Source: Rhodobiaceae bacterium
Lineage (GTDB): Bacteria > Pseudomonadota > Alphaproteobacteria > Puniceispirillales > Puniceispirillaceae
Reading direction: 5' to 3'
Assembly: GCA_018624035.1 (NCBI GenBank)
Contig: JAAZUU010000001.1
Location: 4,080 to 68,079 of the forward strand
Length of the DNA: 64,000 nt
In this document: positions 63,196 through 64,000 of the stretch, in pieces
Layout: each line of letters opens with the position of its first letter
How positions within the stretch are numbered: the first letter of the stretch is position 1
The notes under the pieces: model-generated
What the model saw: only the letters and a program-made list of their open reading frames with translations
Databases searched by the model: none
What the model was told of the DNA's origin: nothing
Program-made: the position numbers and the translations under genes

Positions 63196-63986
63196 GTGAC
63201 AACCGCCCTCTGCGCTGGTTTCTCTATGGCTATCTGGCGCTTGTCTTCACCTTCATCTTCGCGCCGATCCTGTTCAGCGTGATCTTCTCGTTCAATTCGG
63301 ACAGGTTCCCGACCATCCCGCTCGGCAGTTTCACCCTGAAATGGTACCAGACGGTGTGGAACGACCCCGATGTGTGGGAGGCCGCGCGCACCAGCCTGAC
63401 CGTCTCGCTGTCGACGGCGACAATCGCCACGTTGCTCGGCTTTGCTACCGCCTACACCGACTATCGCTACAGCTTCCGTTTGAAGCCGGTCTATCTAGGC
63501 CTTGTCCTGCTGCCGCCGACGATCCCGCTGATCATCATGGCGCTGGCGATGCTGGCCTGGTTCGCCAAGCTCGGCATTTCCGGACAGGTGATGTCGATCA
63601 TCATCGCGCACAGCGTCCTGACGGCGCCCTTCGCGATGGCGATCATCCGCCTGCGACTGAGCCAGATGGATCCGAGCCTGGAATCCGCCGCATGGAACCT
63701 TGGTGCCAGCCAGTGGAGCGCGCTGCGCCGGGTCATCGTGCCGTTCTGCCTGCCGGCCATCATCTCGTCCTTCTGCCTGACGGCGGCGGTGTCGTTTGAT
63801 GAATTCGCCATTTCATGGTTTGTCTCCGGCCTCAACAAGACGATCCCGGTGATCATCCTCGAAATTGTCACCGGCAATATCGACCCGCAGGTGAACGCCA
63901 TCGGCAGTTTTGTTTTTCTGGTGTCGATGACGCTGGTTATCATTGCGCAGGTGGTGTTGATGACCCGCCGCAAGAAGGAAGTGTGA
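63192..63986 (+). CDS. PotC-like ABC transporter permease
   Basis: The ATG at 63192 is in an ATGA overlap: MSDNRPLRWFLYGYLALVF... Loop: LESAAWNLGASQWSALRRVIVP. Confidence 0.75.
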   Translation: MSDNRPLRWFLYGYLALVFTFIFAPILFSVIFSFNSDRFPTIPLGSFTLKWYQTVWNDPDVWEAARTSLTVSLSTATIATLLGFATAYTDYRYSFRLKPVYLGLVLLPPTIPLIIMALAMLAWFAKLGISGQVMSIIIAHSVLTAPFAMAIIRLRLSQMDPSLESAAWNLGASQWSALRRVIVPFCLPAIISSFCLTAAVSFDEFAISWFVSGLNKTIPVIILEIVTGNIDPQVNAIGSFVFLVSMTLVIIAQVVLMTRRKKEV

Positions 63987-64000
63987 TTTCATGGTGGCTC

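Overview
GC-rich, gene-dense window with about 59 CDS on both strands. It looks like an alphaproteobacterial accessory-metabolism region (Rhodobacterales/Rhizobiales-like); the polyol operon is syntenic with Rhodobacter sphaeroides smoEFGK-smoS-mtlK. I see no rRNA, tRNA, CRISPR array, transposase, integrase or phage genes. Content from left to right: (1) 1-9 kb: a partial OpuAC-like binding protein, a split aconitase-X dehydratase, a ureohydrolase, DUF1989, a TAXI-TRAP transporter and a hydroxyquinol-type intradiol dioxygenase. (2) 9-14.7 kb: GST, a thioredoxin-like protein, GntR plus a Gfo/Idh/MocA enzyme, an LLM monooxygenase and an aldo-keto reductase. (3) 14.7-26 kb: one long minus-strand operon of GntR(FCD), a CUT1 ABC transporter, a 2-hydroxyacid dehydrogenase, three tandem Gfo/Idh/MocA oxidoreductases and a GH2 glycosidase. 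(4) 27.4-37.3 kb: a polyol (sorbitol/mannitol/arabitol) operon with a LacI regulator, xylulokinase and a P-loop FrcK-like kinase. (5) htpG. (6) 39.7-58.9 kb, the most interesting block: fpr, hydantoinase/oxoprolinase HyuAB, an unknown polytopic membrane protein, a Liv-type ABC importer, a MarR regulator, and a cluster of nicotinate-dehydrogenase-like, 6-hydroxynicotinate-reductase-like, UPF0280, DUF1185 and nicotinamidase genes. A shared 17-nt AT-rich operator-like box in three separate intergenic regions ties this block together. No enamidase-type ring-opening enzyme is visible in the window. (7) 58.9-64 kb: a Met/His-rich periplasmic protein, a PRTase plus BtpA-like TIM-barrel pair, and a PotD/B/C-like ABC importer. 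There are also four short tandem repeats (13-15 bp units), two of them in frame inside coding termini, and hairpins after most binding-protein genes. All functional calls come from my own reading of the translated ORFs (motifs, family resemblance) and from synteny. None has been verified by a database search.
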